Assembly (NCBI GenBank): GCA_963695555.1
Contig: CAVOGR010000002.1
Location: 352,001 to 416,000 of the forward strand
Length of the DNA: 64,000 nt
Direction of reading: 5' to 3'
Source of the DNA: an uncultured Gemmatimonadales bacterium
GTDB taxonomy: Bacteria; Gemmatimonadota; Gemmatimonadetes; Gemmatimonadales; GWC2-71-9
The notes below the pieces were generated by a model, which saw only the letters and a program-made list of their open reading frames with translations, had not been told where the DNA came from and searched no databases. Positions 22,620 through 33,999 of this stretch are shown in pieces (the first letter of the stretch is position 1; each line of letters opens with the position of its first letter). Position numbers and translations under genes: made by a program.

Positions 22620-23180
22620 GTGACGACCCAACCACCGAACCCACCGCGTCGACCAGGCCTTCGAGAGATACCGCCTGATTTCACTGTCCTGAATTCGGCC
22701 GGGGAGCCGCGCCGACTCTACGATCTCGTTCGGTCGCGGTCGGTGGTTCTCTTGTTCTATCGGGGTCACTGGTGTCCATTCTGCAAACAGCAGTTGGCCG
22801 CGTATCGCGATCGCCATGACGCGTTCGGGCGTGCTGGGGCGGATGTCTACGCCCTGTCCGTAGACTCGCCGGAGCGCTCCGCGGAACACAAACACCGTCT
22901 CCGTCTTCCGTTTGAACTTCTCTGCGATCCCGACCGCGCCGTGATGCGGGCGTGGGATCTGTACAACCGCTGGGAGCATGGCGGGGTCGCGAGGCCCGCA
23001 GTCTTCGTCCTGGCCTCACCGGATGGACGCGTTCGCGCACGATCGATCGACCGCATGGCGAGCAGGGTCCCGCCGGAGAAGGTGCTTGCCGCGCTCACGG
23101 CTCTGGATCGTCAGCGCCTCGGTCGACGCCTGGTCGTGCCCCGACTCGGCGATTTGATGGCATCGATGCTGGGTCGATAG
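22620..23180 (+). CDS. Peroxiredoxin-like/redoxin (AhpC-TSA family) protein
   Basis: PDFTV, LFYRGHWCPFC, ALSVDS, FELLCDP, RPAVFV; GTG start inferred. Confidence 0.82.
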   Translation: MTTQPPNPPRRPGLREIPPDFTVLNSAGEPRRLYDLVRSRSVVLLFYRGHWCPFCKQQLAAYRDRHDAFGRAGADVYALSVDSPERSAEHKHRLRLPFELLCDPDRAVMRAWDLYNRWEHGGVARPAVFVLASPDGRVRARSIDRMASRVPPEKVLAALTALDRQRLGRRLVVPRLGDLMASMLGR

Positions 23181-23208
23181 GCCGGAGAACCGATCAGAAC
23201 ACTTGTCC

Positions 23209-24237
23209 CTACCGCACCAGGAATCCGTGGCCCAGCGGATCGCCGGGATCGATCAGAAATTCATGCCGTCCGGTGATCCACGCGCGACCGGTGACCTCGG
23301 GAATCACCGCACGGTGCCCCCCGACAGTGGTCGTCTCGATTACCCGCACCCCGAACCGCGTACCGACGATGCTCTCGATCTCGATCGCATCGCCGGTCCT
23401 TAGTTGGCCGCGCGCGTGCAGAATCGCCGCCCGGCCACATACCCCCGTTCCGGTCGGGCTGCGGTCGAGCTCTCCGTTTGCGAAGATGCAGACGTGACGA
23501 CTATGGGCCGTGCCGGCGCTCGGGCCCACGAAGATGGTTCCGTAGAGAAAGTTCAGATCGGCCGGACTGTCAGGATGGACGATCGTGCAGGTTTCGCTCA
23601 CCCGCCGCTTGATCTGCATCCCGAGTTCGATCAGGCGCACTGAGTTGGCCGGCTCGAGGTCCAGCCCAAGCTGAGCCGCATCGACATAGGCGTAGAACGC
23701 CCCGCCGAATGCGATGTCGCATCGCACCACCCCCAATCCGGGAATCGTGGTGTCGACATCGGACGCGACAACGAGCGACGGCACGTTGACGAAGGAAACG
23801 CCTTCCACCCGGCTCCCGATGACCCTCGCAGTTGCCACCACCCGGCCGGCGGGGGTGTCGAGCCGGAGCGTGGGGGTCGACGAACCGACCGACACCAGGC
23901 CGCATTCGATTCCTACCGTGACGGCCCCGATCACACCGTGGCCGCACATGGTGCTGAACCCGTCGTTGTGCATGAACAGGATGCCGAGGTCGCCATCCGG
24001 GGTCGTCGGAGGGGTGAGGAGACAGCCGTACATGTCGGCATGCCCGCGCGGCTCCCACATGAGTGACCTGCGCAGGTGATCGAAGTGCTCCGCCGCGAAG
24101 CGGCGTTGCTCGACGGCGGTTGTGCCGGATGGAACTGGGAAGCCGCTGACGATCAGCCGAAGCGGTTCACCCGCGGCGTGGGCATCGATCGTCGTGATAC
24201 GACGCCAGTCAGGAGGAGGTTGCCAGGGCTCGGACAT
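23209..24237 (-). CDS. Proline racemase family protein, Cys/Thr type (probable trans-3-hydroxy-L-proline dehydratase)
   Basis: IDAHAAGEP, EPRGHADMYG, STMCGHG, and DRSPTGTG with Thr in place of the second catalytic Cys. Confidence 0.88.
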   Translation of the reverse strand: MSEPWQPPPDWRRITTIDAHAAGEPLRLIVSGFPVPSGTTAVEQRRFAAEHFDHLRRSLMWEPRGHADMYGCLLTPPTTPDGDLGILFMHNDGFSTMCGHGVIGAVTVGIECGLVSVGSSTPTLRLDTPAGRVVATARVIGSRVEGVSFVNVPSLVVASDVDTTIPGLGVVRCDIAFGGAFYAYVDAAQLGLDLEPANSVRLIELGMQIKRRVSETCTIVHPDSPADLNFLYGTIFVGPSAGTAHSRHVCIFANGELDRSPTGTGVCGRAAILHARGQLRTGDAIEIESIVGTRFGVRVIETTTVGGHRAVIPEVTGRAWITGRHEFLIDPGDPLGHGFLVR

Positions 24238-24359
24238 CGACACTCGACCGACACCTGCAGGTAGTGAGGACCCGCTGAGGCCAAGCGGGCGGTTTGACCC
24301 GTATCGCTTTGGGACTTCTTGCCCGGTGGACAACACCCGGTTGCTGGTCGGGCAGGGAG

Positions 24360-24432
<73 letters not shown>

Positions 24433-24444
24433 CGCGGGGGCGGG

Positions 24445-24473
24445 AATATACGGACGAGCACCTGGAATGCCAA
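24445..24473 (-). promoter_or_regulatory. sigma70 promoter of tRNA-Phe with GC-rich discriminator
   Basis: Minus strand TTGGCA-N17-TATATT-CCCGCC. Confidence 0.7.
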
Positions 24474-24612
24474 GGCAACCTGGGTACGCTTCTTGCCCAT
24501 TCCAAGGGCTGCTGCGGTCGGGACCGACCGACGGCGTGTCTACCCTGACCGAGATCGTGGCGAAATGTCGAGAAGTCATACGTTGTTGTCTAGTTTTTTG
24601 ACAGGTGATTCG

Positions 24613-25820
24613 ATGCACGGGGCGTCTGTGCTTTTCCGTCGTGTACGTGTCTCCTGGCCTGCTGTCGCATTTGTGCTTCTCCTGGTGGCCGGATGCGGCG
24701 ATAAATTCACCGACCCGAACCCACGCCCCCGCCACCCCCGCCACCGCCGCCCGCCGTCGGGGTGATGGCGGTGGCCACGGTCACTGTGGGCACCAATCTC
24801 GATCCTGACGGATATTCCGTGCGGGTAAACGGAGGGCCGGCGCAGGCAATCGGCCTCAATGCCGTCCTGACCATGCCCGACCTCGAGGTCGGCCCGTATC
24901 AGATTCAACTGGAGGACGTCGCGCCGACCTGTGTTGTCCAGCAGGTCAATCCCCAGACCGCGACCGTATTGGAGAACCAGACCGTCGTGGCCCCGTTCGA
25001 CATCGCGTGCGCGGCGCCGGTGGTAAACGGCAAACTGGCCTTCAGCTCCGACCGGGCGGGGAATCGCGAGATCTACGTCATGGACACCGACGGCTCGGAT
25101 CCGATCCGCCTCACGAACACGCCGGGAACCGAAGGGGAGCCGGCGTGGTCGTTTGATTCGCGCATGGTGGTCTTCTTCAGTGACCGGAACGGCAATTCCG
25201 ACATTTACGCCGTTAACGCCAACAACTCCGGGGGCCTGGTTCAACTCACGAACCACCCGGCCAACGACACCGACATGTCGTGGTCGCCCGACGGGAGCAA
25301 GATCGCCTTTCAGACCGACCGTGATGGGAATGAAGAGATCTACGTCATGAACGCGGACGGGTCTAACCCAATCAATCTGACCAACCATCCGGGGTTCGAT
25401 GCGGACCCGATCTGGTCCCCGGACGGAACCAAGATCGCGTTCTCGACCGATCGTGCCGGGAACTTCGAGATCTTCGTGATGAACGCCGACGGGTCCAACC
25501 CGGTCAATCTCACCAACCACCCGGCCCTCGAACGCGATCCGTGGTGGTCCCCGGACGGTGCCAAGCTCGCGTTCGTGTCCTTACGACCGGGAAACCGGGA
25601 TATCTTCGTGATGAACGCCGACGGTTCGAACCCCGTGAACCTCACCAACGCCGCGGGGGACGATTTTGAGCCCGCCTGGTCGCCCGACGGTGCCAGAATC
25701 GCGTTCGAGTCCAGGCGGGATGGGAACCCCGAGATCTACGTCATGAACGCGGACGGGTCCGGCCTCACCCGACTGACCAACAGTCTGGCAGGAGACTTCG
25801 AGCCTTCCTGGAGCAAGTGA
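24613..25820 (+). CDS. TolB-like beta-propeller (PD40 repeat) lipoprotein; apparent frameshift near 24720
   Basis: Lipoprotein signal (LLLVAGC) in one frame; poly-Pro linker, beta-rich domain and about six IYVMNADGSNP.NLT..P.WSPDG.KIAF repeats in the next frame. Confidence 0.85.
25040..25817 (+). repeat. Intragenic tandem ~132-bp coding repeats (PD40 blades)
   Basis: Recurrent GAGATCTACGTCATGAACGC.GACGG / ATCTTCGTGATGAACGCCGACGG units at about 132-bp period. Confidence 0.8.
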
Positions 25821-25925
25821 GGACACGCGACTGAGGTGGGCCGCCCTGAGCCCGCCCCGGGAACGCTCCGAGGTGCTTCTGGCCTTCTGATTTGCGGCGC
25901 GGCCGGTCCACGGCATATTTCGGCC

Positions 25926-26570
25926 ATGGGCACGCCGCGCTTTCCCAATCTGACCGTTCTCGATCACCCCCTGATCCAGCATAAACTCACGCTCTTGCGC
26001 GGAGCGGGGAAGAGCACGCGGGACTTCAAGCAACTCGTCAACGAGATCGCGATGCTCATGGCCTATGAGGTCACCAAGGATCTCCCCACGGAGGAAGTCG
26101 AAGTCGAGACGCCCCTCGAGCGGACCACGGGACGACAAGTCGCCGGAAAGAAGCTGGCACTCGTTCCCATCCTGCGGGCCGGCCTCGGCATGGTCGACGG
26201 CATAACCCAGCTGATTCCGTCGGCGAGGGTGGGCCACATCGGGATCTATCGGGACCACGAGAGCCTTCAGCCGGTGAGCTACTACTTCAAGGTGCCACCG
26301 GGCGGCGAGGAACGGGACTTCATCGTGCTCGATCCGATGCTGGCCACCGGGGGATCGGCCTCCGCCGCCATTGCAAAGCTCAAAGAGGCGGGGGCGCGTC
26401 GGGTTCGGCTCCTGTCGCTCGTCGCCGCACCCGAGGGCGTCCGACGGATGCTCAACGATCATCCCGACGTCCCGGTCTTCGTGGCCGCCCTCGATCGGGG
26501 CCTCAACGACCGGGGCTACATCCTGCCCGGCTTGGGTGATGCCGGCGACCGGTTGTTCGGCACCCGATGA
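25926..26570 (+). CDS. upp: Uracil phosphoribosyltransferase
   Basis: [44 protein letters not shown]. Confidence 0.97.
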   Translation: MGTPRFPNLTVLDHPLIQHKLTLLRGAGKSTRDFKQLVNEIAMLMAYEVTKDLPTEEVEVETPLERTTGRQVAGKKLALVPILRAGLGMVDGITQLIPSARVGHIGIYRDHESLQPVSYYFKVPPGGEERDFIVLDPMLATGGSASAAIAKLKEAGARRVRLLSLVAAPEGVRRMLNDHPDVPVFVAALDRGLNDRGYILPGLGDAGDRLFGTR

Positions 26571-27961
26571 GCACGCTACGCCTCACCTTTCACGGCGCCG
26601 CCGGTGGGCAGGTGACCGGCTCGATGCACCTCTTGGAGGCCGCCGGTGCTCGGATCCTGCTCGACGCAGGCCTGTTCCAGGGCCGCCGTCGACAGACGTA
26701 CACACTCAACTCCACCATTCCCCTCGACCCGCGCCAGTTGGACGCGATCGTATTATCGCATGCGCACATCGACCATTCCGGGCGGCTGCCGCTCTTGGTG
26801 AGCCAGGGATTCCACGGCCCCATCCACGCGACCGCGGCCTCGCGCGATCTCTGCGGCATCATGCTCCCCGATTCGGCCCACATCCAGGAAAAGGACGCCG
26901 AATTCCTCGCCCGGCGTGGCAAGAAGGGACCAGAGAGCGAGCCGCTCTATTCGATGGCCGACGCGGTCGCCGTCCAGGAATTGTTGGTGGGTGTTCCGTA
27001 CCGGCGGCTCGTGCACCTGCGCAAGAATCTCAGCTTTGAATTCACCGAGGCGGGGCACATTCTCGGTTCCGCCACCGTGGCGATGCGCATCACGGAGGAC
27101 CGGCCCCATCGCTTGGTGTTCTCGGGCGACATCGGGCGCACCGGCCTGCCGATCATTCGTGACCCAGAGCCACCGCAAGGTCCGGTCGATACGCTGATCA
27201 TCGAATCGACCTATGCGAACCGCACTCACGAATCGGTACAAGGCGCGGAGGAGCATCTCGGAGACATCGTCCGACGGGCCGCCGCACGAGGAGGGAAGGT
27301 TCTCATCCCGGCGTTTGCGGTGGGACGCACCCAGGAGATCATTTACGCGCTCCACGCGCTGTACCGGGCCGGGAAGATTCCGCAAATCCCGTGCTTCGTC
27401 GACAGCCCGTTGGCCGTCGATGCCACGGACATCTTTCGGCTGCACCCGGAAGTCTTCGATCGGCGTGAGGCGCTCGTTGACCATACCGCCCACCTCTTCC
27501 AATGGCCCATGGTGCGCTATGTGCGTGACGTAGCCGAATCGAAAGCACTGAACACCCTCACGGGGCCGGCCGTCATCGTGGCCGCCTCCGGCATGGTTGA
27601 AGCTGGGCGCATCCTGCATCACCTGAAGAATCACGGCGGCGATCACCGCAACGTGATGCTCTTCGTCGGATTCCAGGCCGAACACACGCTGGGACGACGC
27701 ATCCTCGATGGGACCCGGACCATTCGGGTGTTCGGAGAGATGATGGAACTCCGCGCAGAGGTCGAAGCCATCGACGGTTACTCGGCGCACGCCGACCAGC
27801 ACGAACTTCGGGCCTGGGTCCGCCGGCTCGGTGGCCCGATTCGCCGAGCCTTCGTCGTCCACGGTGAGGCGGAGGCCACGCAAGCGATGGCTGTCCTGCT
27901 GCGCGAAGAAGGAGTTGAGAAGGTTGTCATTCCCAAGCTGGGGCAATCGTTCGACCTCTGA
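26567..27961 (+). CDS. MBL-fold beta-CASP ribonuclease
   Basis: [46 protein letters not shown]. Confidence 0.92.
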   Translation: MSTLRLTFHGAAGGQVTGSMHLLEAAGARILLDAGLFQGRRRQTYTLNSTIPLDPRQLDAIVLSHAHIDHSGRLPLLVSQGFHGPIHATAASRDLCGIMLPDSAHIQEKDAEFLARRGKKGPESEPLYSMADAVAVQELLVGVPYRRLVHLRKNLSFEFTEAGHILGSATVAMRITEDRPHRLVFSGDIGRTGLPIIRDPEPPQGPVDTLIIESTYANRTHESVQGAEEHLGDIVRRAAARGGKVLIPAFAVGRTQEIIYALHALYRAGKIPQIPCFVDSPLAVDATDIFRLHPEVFDRREALVDHTAHLFQWPMVRYVRDVAESKALNTLTGPAVIVAASGMVEAGRILHHLKNHGGDHRNVMLFVGFQAEHTLGRRILDGTRTIRVFGEMMELRAEVEAIDGYSAHADQHELRAWVRRLGGPIRRAFVVHGEAEATQAMAVLLREEGVEKVVIPKLGQSFDL

Positions 27962-28013
27962 TCGCGACCCACCCTGCTTGATGGACCCGGCATCCAGCGA
28001 GTAGCTTCCCCCC

Positions 28014-28610
28014 GTGACCATCATTCGGCGTGTTGGCGTGGTCGGCGGTGCCGCATTGCTTGCGACCGTTCTCACCTACGCGCTTGCCTTCGCCTTTGTG
28101 GCCGGGGCCAGCCGCCATGACTCCCGTGAGCCGGCGGATGCGATTGTCGTGCTCGGCGCCGCCCAATACGATGGCCGGCCGTCGCCGGTCTTTCAGGCTC
28201 GGCTCGACCACGCCTCGATCCTGTTTCACGAGGGGCTCGCCCCGCAAATCGTCTTGACCGGTGGCATCGGGACCGGCGACACGGCCAGTGAGGCCGCGGT
28301 CGGCCAGCGCTACCTCCTCACTCGAAACGTGCCCCCGGAAGCCCTCGTAGTGCGCCCGGAGGGACGATCGACCGAGGCGTCCATTCGGTCCGTCGCGGAA
28401 TGGATGCACGAGGGGGGTCGGCAGTCGGTGCTTCTGGTGAGCGACCCATTCCACATGGGGCGGCTTCGGCTCGAGGCCCGACGCGCGGGGATCGAGGCCC
28501 GCACGTCGCCCACCCGTACGAGTCCTATTTCGCAGAATTTTCGGCGTGAGGTCGGCTACTTCGCGTCCGAAGCGCTCAAAATCCCTGTGGCGTGGGTCCG
28601 CAGCTGGTAG
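28014..28610 (+). CDS. YdcF/ElyC (DUF218) family protein
   Basis: N-terminal TM; ADAIVVLGA, RLDHA, LTGG, SEA, VSDPFHM.R. Confidence 0.88.
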   Translation: MTIIRRVGVVGGAALLATVLTYALAFAFVAGASRHDSREPADAIVVLGAAQYDGRPSPVFQARLDHASILFHEGLAPQIVLTGGIGTGDTASEAAVGQRYLLTRNVPPEALVVRPEGRSTEASIRSVAEWMHEGGRQSVLLVSDPFHMGRLRLEARRAGIEARTSPTRTSPISQNFRREVGYFASEALKIPVAWVRSW

Positions 28611-28622
28611 GAGACTTCTTTC

Positions 28623-29999
28623 ATGACTCGAGTCCGATCCCTTCTTGCCGCATGCGCCGTCCTGACCGGCGTGACATCCGCCCCGGGTACAGCCCAAGAG
28701 CCTCGGCTGACCGTGCCATACACCATGGACACTCTGGCCAACGGCCTTCGATTCATCGTGCATGAGGATCATTCGGTCCCGGTTGTAGCAATGAACGTGT
28801 GGTACCACGTGGGCTCGGGAGACGAGAAGCCAGGGCGCACCGGCTTCGCCCATCTGTTCGAGCACCTCATGTTCATGGGCTCACAACACGCCCCCTATCC
28901 CGCATTCGATAGGCTCCTCGAGGCGGCCGGGACCAACAACAACGGTTCCACCACGGAGGACCGCACCAACTACTACGAGTGGGGCCCAAGCAACGCAGCT
29001 CCACTCATGGCGTGGCTCGAAGCGGATCGGATGGGCTACTTCCTGCCGACCATGGATCAGGACAAAGTCGATCTCCAACGCGACGTCGTCCAGAACGAGC
29101 GACGGCAGGGAGTCGACAACCAGCCCTACGGCAAGGCCTCGGAAACGATCGGCCGGATGCTCTACCCTCCCGCCCACCCCTACTCCTGGCCGGTTATCGG
29201 CTCCATGGCGGATCTCTCGGCTGCGACCCTCGAGGACACTCGCGAGTTCTTCCGTACCTACTACGCTCCGAACAACGCGGTGATCGTGGTGGCGGGTGAC
29301 GTCACGCCTGAGGCGGTCGGGGACGTCATGCGGCGCTACTTCGGCGATATTCCCCGAGGACCCACGATCACCCGTCCGACGCCGGCATCGTTCACCGTGA
29401 CACACGACACCCTCGCCGTGCTCGAGGATCGCGTGCAGTTGCCGCGGGTCTACTACACCTGGCACACCACCAAGGCCTACGCACCCATGGATGCCGCGCT
29501 CGACGTGGTGGCCTATATCCTCGCCGGGGCGAAGAACAGCCGACTGACACAACGCCTCGTGTACGAAGACCAAGTCGCGTCGGACGTCGTGGCCTATCAA
29601 GACGGCAAGCTGCTCGACGGCGATTTCACCATCCGGGCCACCGCACGGCCCGGACATGACCTGCCGAAGCTCCATCGGATCATTACGGAAATCGTCGGCA
29701 GGCTCGCAGCCGACGGCCCGGCACCGCGAGAGCTGCGCCAGGCACAGAATGCCATCGAGGCGTCGTTTCTCAATCGGTTGGAGCGGGTCCTGGCCAAAGC
29801 CGACCAGCTCAACGGCTACTTCTATTTCACCGGGGAACCCGACTACTTCGCGCATGACCTGGCTCGCTATCGCGCGGTAACGCGCGAAGATGTTCGTCGA
29901 GCCGCGGCAACCTACTTGCTGGCCCCCAAGGTCGTGTTGAGCGTCGTGCCCGAGGGCAAGCGGGAGCTCGCGATCGAGACGACGGAGGTGACTCCATGA
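28623..29999 (+). CDS. M16 family zinc peptidase, catalytic subunit
   Basis: Signal peptide; inverted zinc motif HLFEH; NGSTTEDRTNY; YYAPNNA. Confidence 0.93.
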   Translation: MTRVRSLLAACAVLTGVTSAPGTAQEPRLTVPYTMDTLANGLRFIVHEDHSVPVVAMNVWYHVGSGDEKPGRTGFAHLFEHLMFMGSQHAPYPAFDRLLEAAGTNNNGSTTEDRTNYYEWGPSNAAPLMAWLEADRMGYFLPTMDQDKVDLQRDVVQNERRQGVDNQPYGKASETIGRMLYPPAHPYSWPVIGSMADLSAATLEDTREFFRTYYAPNNAVIVVAGDVTPEAVGDVMRRYFGDIPRGPTITRPTPASFTVTHDTLAVLEDRVQLPRVYYTWHTTKAYAPMDAALDVVAYILAGAKNSRLTQRLVYEDQVASDVVAYQDGKLLDGDFTIRATARPGHDLPKLHRIITEIVGRLAADGPAPRELRQAQNAIEASFLNRLERVLAKADQLNGYFYFTGEPDYFAHDLARYRAVTREDVRRAAATYLLAPKVVLSVVPEGKRELAIETTEVTP

Positions 30000-31465
30000 T
30001 GTACCGTGTCTTGGCACTCCTTGGCATCGCGACCATTGGAGTGCTTCATCCGTCCCACGCCCAAGTCGTCGATCGCACGACACCGCCGCAGTTGTCACCG
30101 CCGCCCGCCTTGCGCTTGCCTCCGATCGAAGCGGCCTCGCTGCCCAACGGCTTGACCCTCTACGTGGTGGAGATGCGAGAGGTCCCCGTCGTCCAGTTCA
30201 GCCTCGCCGTTCCCGGCGGTGGGCGACAGGACGGCGCACGGCCCGGGTTGGCATCGTTTACCGCAGATCTGCTCGACGAAGGTGCGGACACACTCGATGC
30301 GTTCGGGATCGCGGCCCTCACCGAGTACTATGGCGCCGACCTGAACACCTATGCGGATTGGGATGCGATGGTGGTGAACCTGAAGGTGCCCTACCGCAAC
30401 CTCGATTCTGCGCTAGCCCTCATGGCAACGGTTGCCTTACGCCCCTCGTTTCGCAACATCGATGTCGCCAGGCAGCGCGACCTCCGGCTCGCCAGGATCT
30501 TGCAGCAACGTGATCGCCCGGAAAGCGTCGCCGGGCTGGCATTCAACGCGCTCGTCTTCCCCGAGGGACACCCATACCATGCAAGCCTGACCGGGGACAG
30601 TCTCTCGACGGTCGGTTTGGACTCGACGGTCGTCCGCCAGGCCTACGGTCAAGTCTTCTGCCCCAACTCAGCTACGCTCGTCGTGACGGGCAGCATCTCC
30701 GTGGCAGAGGCCATGCAAGCAACTCGGGATCATTTCGGAACCTGGCAGCGATGCCCCACCTCGGCCGTCACCAAGGCGGCCCCCGCACAGCACGACCTGA
30801 CGTCCCCCGTAAACCTCTCGATAGACCGCACGCGGGTGTTCCTCGTCGACAAGCCGGGCGCCGCCCAGTCGGTGATCCGCATTGGTGGGCCCGGCATTTC
30901 CCGCCACAATGCCGACTACATCGTCATCGAGGTCATGAATACGATCCTGGGTGGCTCGTTCTCGTCGCGGCTCAACTCCAACTTGCGCGAAACGAAGGGC
31001 TACACCTACGGTGCGTGGTCGGGCTTCGCCTATCGACCCCTCCCCGGGCCCTTCACCGCAGGCGCATCCGTGCGAACCGACGTGACCGATAGTGCCCTCG
31101 TGGAGTTCTTTCGTGAGATTCGCACGATTCGAGATAGCGCCGTGAGCCAGACGGAGCTGGATCGCGCCAAGGCCTATCTCGCCTTGGGGTTGGCGGGAGA
31201 GTTCGAGACCACATCCCAGATGGCGGGTAAGGTGATGGAGTTGCTCACCTTCGGGCTTCCGCTATCGTATTACGACGACTACGTGCAGCGGGTCATGGCC
31301 GTGACGACAGCAGACGTGCAGCGCGTCGCTCGCACATACCTCGAGCCGGACCGGACGGTCGTCGTGATCGTCGGCGACCTGGCCAGCATTCGGGCCTCCG
31401 TGGACGCGCTTGGCTTGGGGGCGTCGAGCATCCGAGACATCTCCGGACACCCCGCCGCGAACTAG
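29996..31465 (+). CDS. M16 family peptidase, non-catalytic partner subunit
   Basis: Signal peptide; no HxxEH; ILGGSFSSRLNSNLRETKGYTYG (R/Y pair); ATGA-coupled to the catalytic subunit. Confidence 0.9.
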   Translation: MMYRVLALLGIATIGVLHPSHAQVVDRTTPPQLSPPPALRLPPIEAASLPNGLTLYVVEMREVPVVQFSLAVPGGGRQDGARPGLASFTADLLDEGADTLDAFGIAALTEYYGADLNTYADWDAMVVNLKVPYRNLDSALALMATVALRPSFRNIDVARQRDLRLARILQQRDRPESVAGLAFNALVFPEGHPYHASLTGDSLSTVGLDSTVVRQAYGQVFCPNSATLVVTGSISVAEAMQATRDHFGTWQRCPTSAVTKAAPAQHDLTSPVNLSIDRTRVFLVDKPGAAQSVIRIGGPGISRHNADYIVIEVMNTILGGSFSSRLNSNLRETKGYTYGAWSGFAYRPLPGPFTAGASVRTDVTDSALVEFFREIRTIRDSAVSQTELDRAKAYLALGLAGEFETTSQMAGKVMELLTFGLPLSYYDDYVQRVMAVTTADVQRVARTYLEPDRTVVVIVGDLASIRASVDALGLGASSIRDISGHPAAN

Positions 31466-31493
31466 CCCGGACTCACTGCTCGCCGCGCTCGCT

Positions 31494-32042
31494 ATGGCCT
31501 TCCTATCCAGCCACCGCATCTACAGCGGGCGCGTGATTAACCTCGATCTCGATGAGGTCGAGCTTCCGAACGGGGCGCGCGCAAGCCTCGAGATGATCCG
31601 GCACAGCGGCGCCGCTGCGGTTGTGCCGTTCTTGGACCCGCCAACGGCACCAGACCCCCGGGTTGTTCTCATCCGCCAATACCGACACGCCGCCAACACC
31701 TATCTCTACGAGATTCCGGCCGGCCGACTGGACGGCGGTGAATCGCCCGAGCGCTGTGCCCGGCGCGAACTTCAAGAGGAAACCGGGTACGCGGCGGACC
31801 AGGTGGTGCCGCTGCTCACCATTTACACCACGCCCGGATTCACCGACGAGCAAATCCACCTGTTCTGGGCTCAGGGCCTCCAGGCCGGTTCACCCGCGCG
31901 AGAGCCCGACGAATTGATCGAGCCCGCCGTGCTCCGCTGGTCGGCCCTCTGGCGACGATTGGGCCGTGGAGAGATCGCGGATGCCAAGACGTTGACGGCG
32001 ATACTCTTGTGTGACGCCTTCCTCCGAAAGCGGCCCCAGTAG
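31494..32042 (+). CDS. NUDIX hydrolase (ADP-ribose pyrophosphatase-like)
   Basis: Nudix box GRLDGGESPERCARRELQEETG; RQYRH, EIPAG, TPGFTDE, DAKT. Confidence 0.9.
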   Translation: MAFLSSHRIYSGRVINLDLDEVELPNGARASLEMIRHSGAAAVVPFLDPPTAPDPRVVLIRQYRHAANTYLYEIPAGRLDGGESPERCARRELQEETGYAADQVVPLLTIYTTPGFTDEQIHLFWAQGLQAGSPAREPDELIEPAVLRWSALWRRLGRGEIADAKTLTAILLCDAFLRKRPQ

Positions 32043-32122
32043 GCCGCGTCCGACACTCGAGACCACGCTCCACCGCGCCGAGCCGGGTTTCTTGACCCGC
32101 GAGGGCAGGATAAGATTCCCGT

Positions 32123-33181
32123 ATGGCGGCTCATGGTCTTACGACCTTCTACCGTGACCTGAAACAGGGTATCCCCGCTCCGGCCTACTACCTCTACGGC
32201 CCGGAGGACGTCCTCAAGGACGAGGCGGTCGGCGCGATTCTGGACCTGGCGCTCGACTCCACCCTGCGGGAATTCAACTTTGATCAGCATAGCGCAACGC
32301 AACTCGCGCCCGAGCAATTGGGCGACCTATGCGTGGCGCTACCGCTTTTGGCCGAGCGGCGGGTTATCCTGGTTCGGGACGTCGAGGCCTGGAAGCGGCG
32401 CACCAAGACCCGGCAGGTGGCGCTCGACTATCTGTCGCGCCCCTCGCCAGAGACCGTGCTCATCTTGGTACAAGGAGCCGCGGCCGAAAAACCGGATGCC
32501 GAGTTGAGTCGGCACACCTATGCGGTCGCGTTCGACCCGCTGCCGCCAGAACGGACCCGACGGTGGGTCGAACATCGAGCCCGGAAGCTCGGGGTGTCCA
32601 TTGCGCCCGAGGCGGTGCGACATCTTGTGTCCGCGGTCGGGACCGACCTTGGCGCCCTGCTCGCCGAGCTGTCCAAGGTGTCGGCAATTGCAGTGGACCG
32701 CACCGTGACCGTTTCGATGATCGAGGGTGTGGTGGGGGTACGATCCGGAGAAACCGCGCTCGACTGGCGCAACGCGGTGCTCGACGGAGATACCGCGAGA
32801 GCCCTTACCCTTCTCCCCGACGTGCTGGCCCAGTCCAACGTGAACGGGGTCAGGCTCGTCACCTCCCTCGGAACCACCTTGATCGGGGTCGGGATTGCCC
32901 GAGAACGATATGACCGGGGCGCGCGTGGCCAGGTCTTGCGCCGTGGTGTGTTCGAGCGTCTCCGGGCCGTCCGGCCCTATGGACTGCCCGACTGGAAGGA
33001 CGAGGCAGAGCGGTGGAGCGCATGGGCGCCGGCTTGGTCACGATCCCGCCTGGAAACCGCGCTCAGGCGCACCCTCGAAGCCGATCAGGCACTCAAGAGC
33101 ACCCGGCTCTCGGGCGAGGCCGGGGTACTCACCGATCTCGTCCTCCAGGTGCACGCTGTGCTGCAAGAGGCGGCGCCATGA
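32123..33181 (+). CDS. holA: DNA polymerase III delta subunit
   Basis: PAYYLYGPE, FNFD, LPLLAERRVILV, ELSK, EADQALKS. Confidence 0.88.
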   Translation: MAAHGLTTFYRDLKQGIPAPAYYLYGPEDVLKDEAVGAILDLALDSTLREFNFDQHSATQLAPEQLGDLCVALPLLAERRVILVRDVEAWKRRTKTRQVALDYLSRPSPETVLILVQGAAAEKPDAELSRHTYAVAFDPLPPERTRRWVEHRARKLGVSIAPEAVRHLVSAVGTDLGALLAELSKVSAIAVDRTVTVSMIEGVVGVRSGETALDWRNAVLDGDTARALTLLPDVLAQSNVNGVRLVTSLGTTLIGVGIARERYDRGARGQVLRRGVFERLRAVRPYGLPDWKDEAERWSAWAPAWSRSRLETALRRTLEADQALKSTRLSGEAGVLTDLVLQVHAVLQEAAP

Positions 33182-33999
33182 GGTTCCTTCTGACCAGCAT
33201 GATCGCGGGGCTTCTGGCCCTGAGCGTCCCCATCAGGGTTTCGGCGCAAGATGATCCTCGGCTCACGGCCGCGCTCAGCTTGGCCCAGGAAGGTCTCCCC
33301 GATTCGGCGCGTGCCGTGGTCAACCGGCTCCTCGGGACCATACCTCCCACCGACACCTTGTACGCCGCGGCGCTCTATACCGCGGGGAGTGTGGCCGGGA
33401 CCGCCCAAGACATGCAGCGCTTTTTCCAGCGGGTCGCCATCGAGTACGCGTGGTCCCCGTATGCCGACGACGCGCTCCTCCGCCTGGCCCAGCTCGACTA
33501 TGCCGCGAACGACTTGAGCGGCGCGGTGCGGAATCTCGAGGCGATTCGCCAAGACTATCCGGGGAGCCCGCTCATTCCGACGGCGGCCTTGTGGGCCGCG
33601 CGCGCGCAGTTCGGACTCGGTGATATCCGGGCCGGCTGCGACTGGCTGGCAGCCGGTCTTGCGTTGGTTGGGGAGGACGTCGAACTCAGGAATCGGTTGG
33701 AGTTCCACAACCGCCGGTGTGGCCCCGCGGAGGAGGCAGGGGCACCCGACTCCATTCCCCGGGATTCCGCCGCCGCTCAGGCATATCGAGTACAGGTCCT
33801 GGCGACACGCAGTCGCGAGGCTGCCGAGGAGTTTCTTCCCCGAGTGGCGGCCCTTGGGTACGCGGCCCGGGTCGTGGCGGATGGGCCCTGGTTCAAGGTG
33901 CAGGTGGGCGCCTTCCCCGACGAGGGGAGCGCCCGTGCCGCCGCCGAGCGCATCCGTGGCGAGGTCGGTGGCAACCCCTTCGTGGTACACAAGCCGTGA
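33178..33999 (+). CDS. Exported TPR + SPOR domain protein
   Basis: Signal peptide; YAWSPYADDAL / YPGSP TPR-like units; C-terminal YRVQV..WFKVQVGAF SPOR domain. Confidence 0.82.
   Translation: MRFLLTSMIAGLLALSVPIRVSAQDDPRLTAALSLAQEGLPDSARAVVNRLLGTIPPTDTLYAAALYTAGSVAGTAQDMQRFFQRVAIEYAWSPYADDALLRLAQLDYAANDLSGAVRNLEAIRQDYPGSPLIPTAALWAARAQFGLGDIRAGCDWLAAGLALVGEDVELRNRLEFHNRRCGPAEEAGAPDSIPRDSAAAQAYRVQVLATRSREAAEEFLPRVAALGYAARVVADGPWFKVQVGAFPDEGSARAAAERIRGEVGGNPFVVHKP

Noticed and set aside
22620..23180. Selenocysteine recoding in the redoxin
   Set aside because: The CPFC motif uses normal Cys codons and there is no in-frame TGA.
25040..25817. Regularly spaced repeats resembling a CRISPR array
   Set aside because: They are degenerate in-frame coding repeats of a beta-propeller, with no unique spacers or cas genes.
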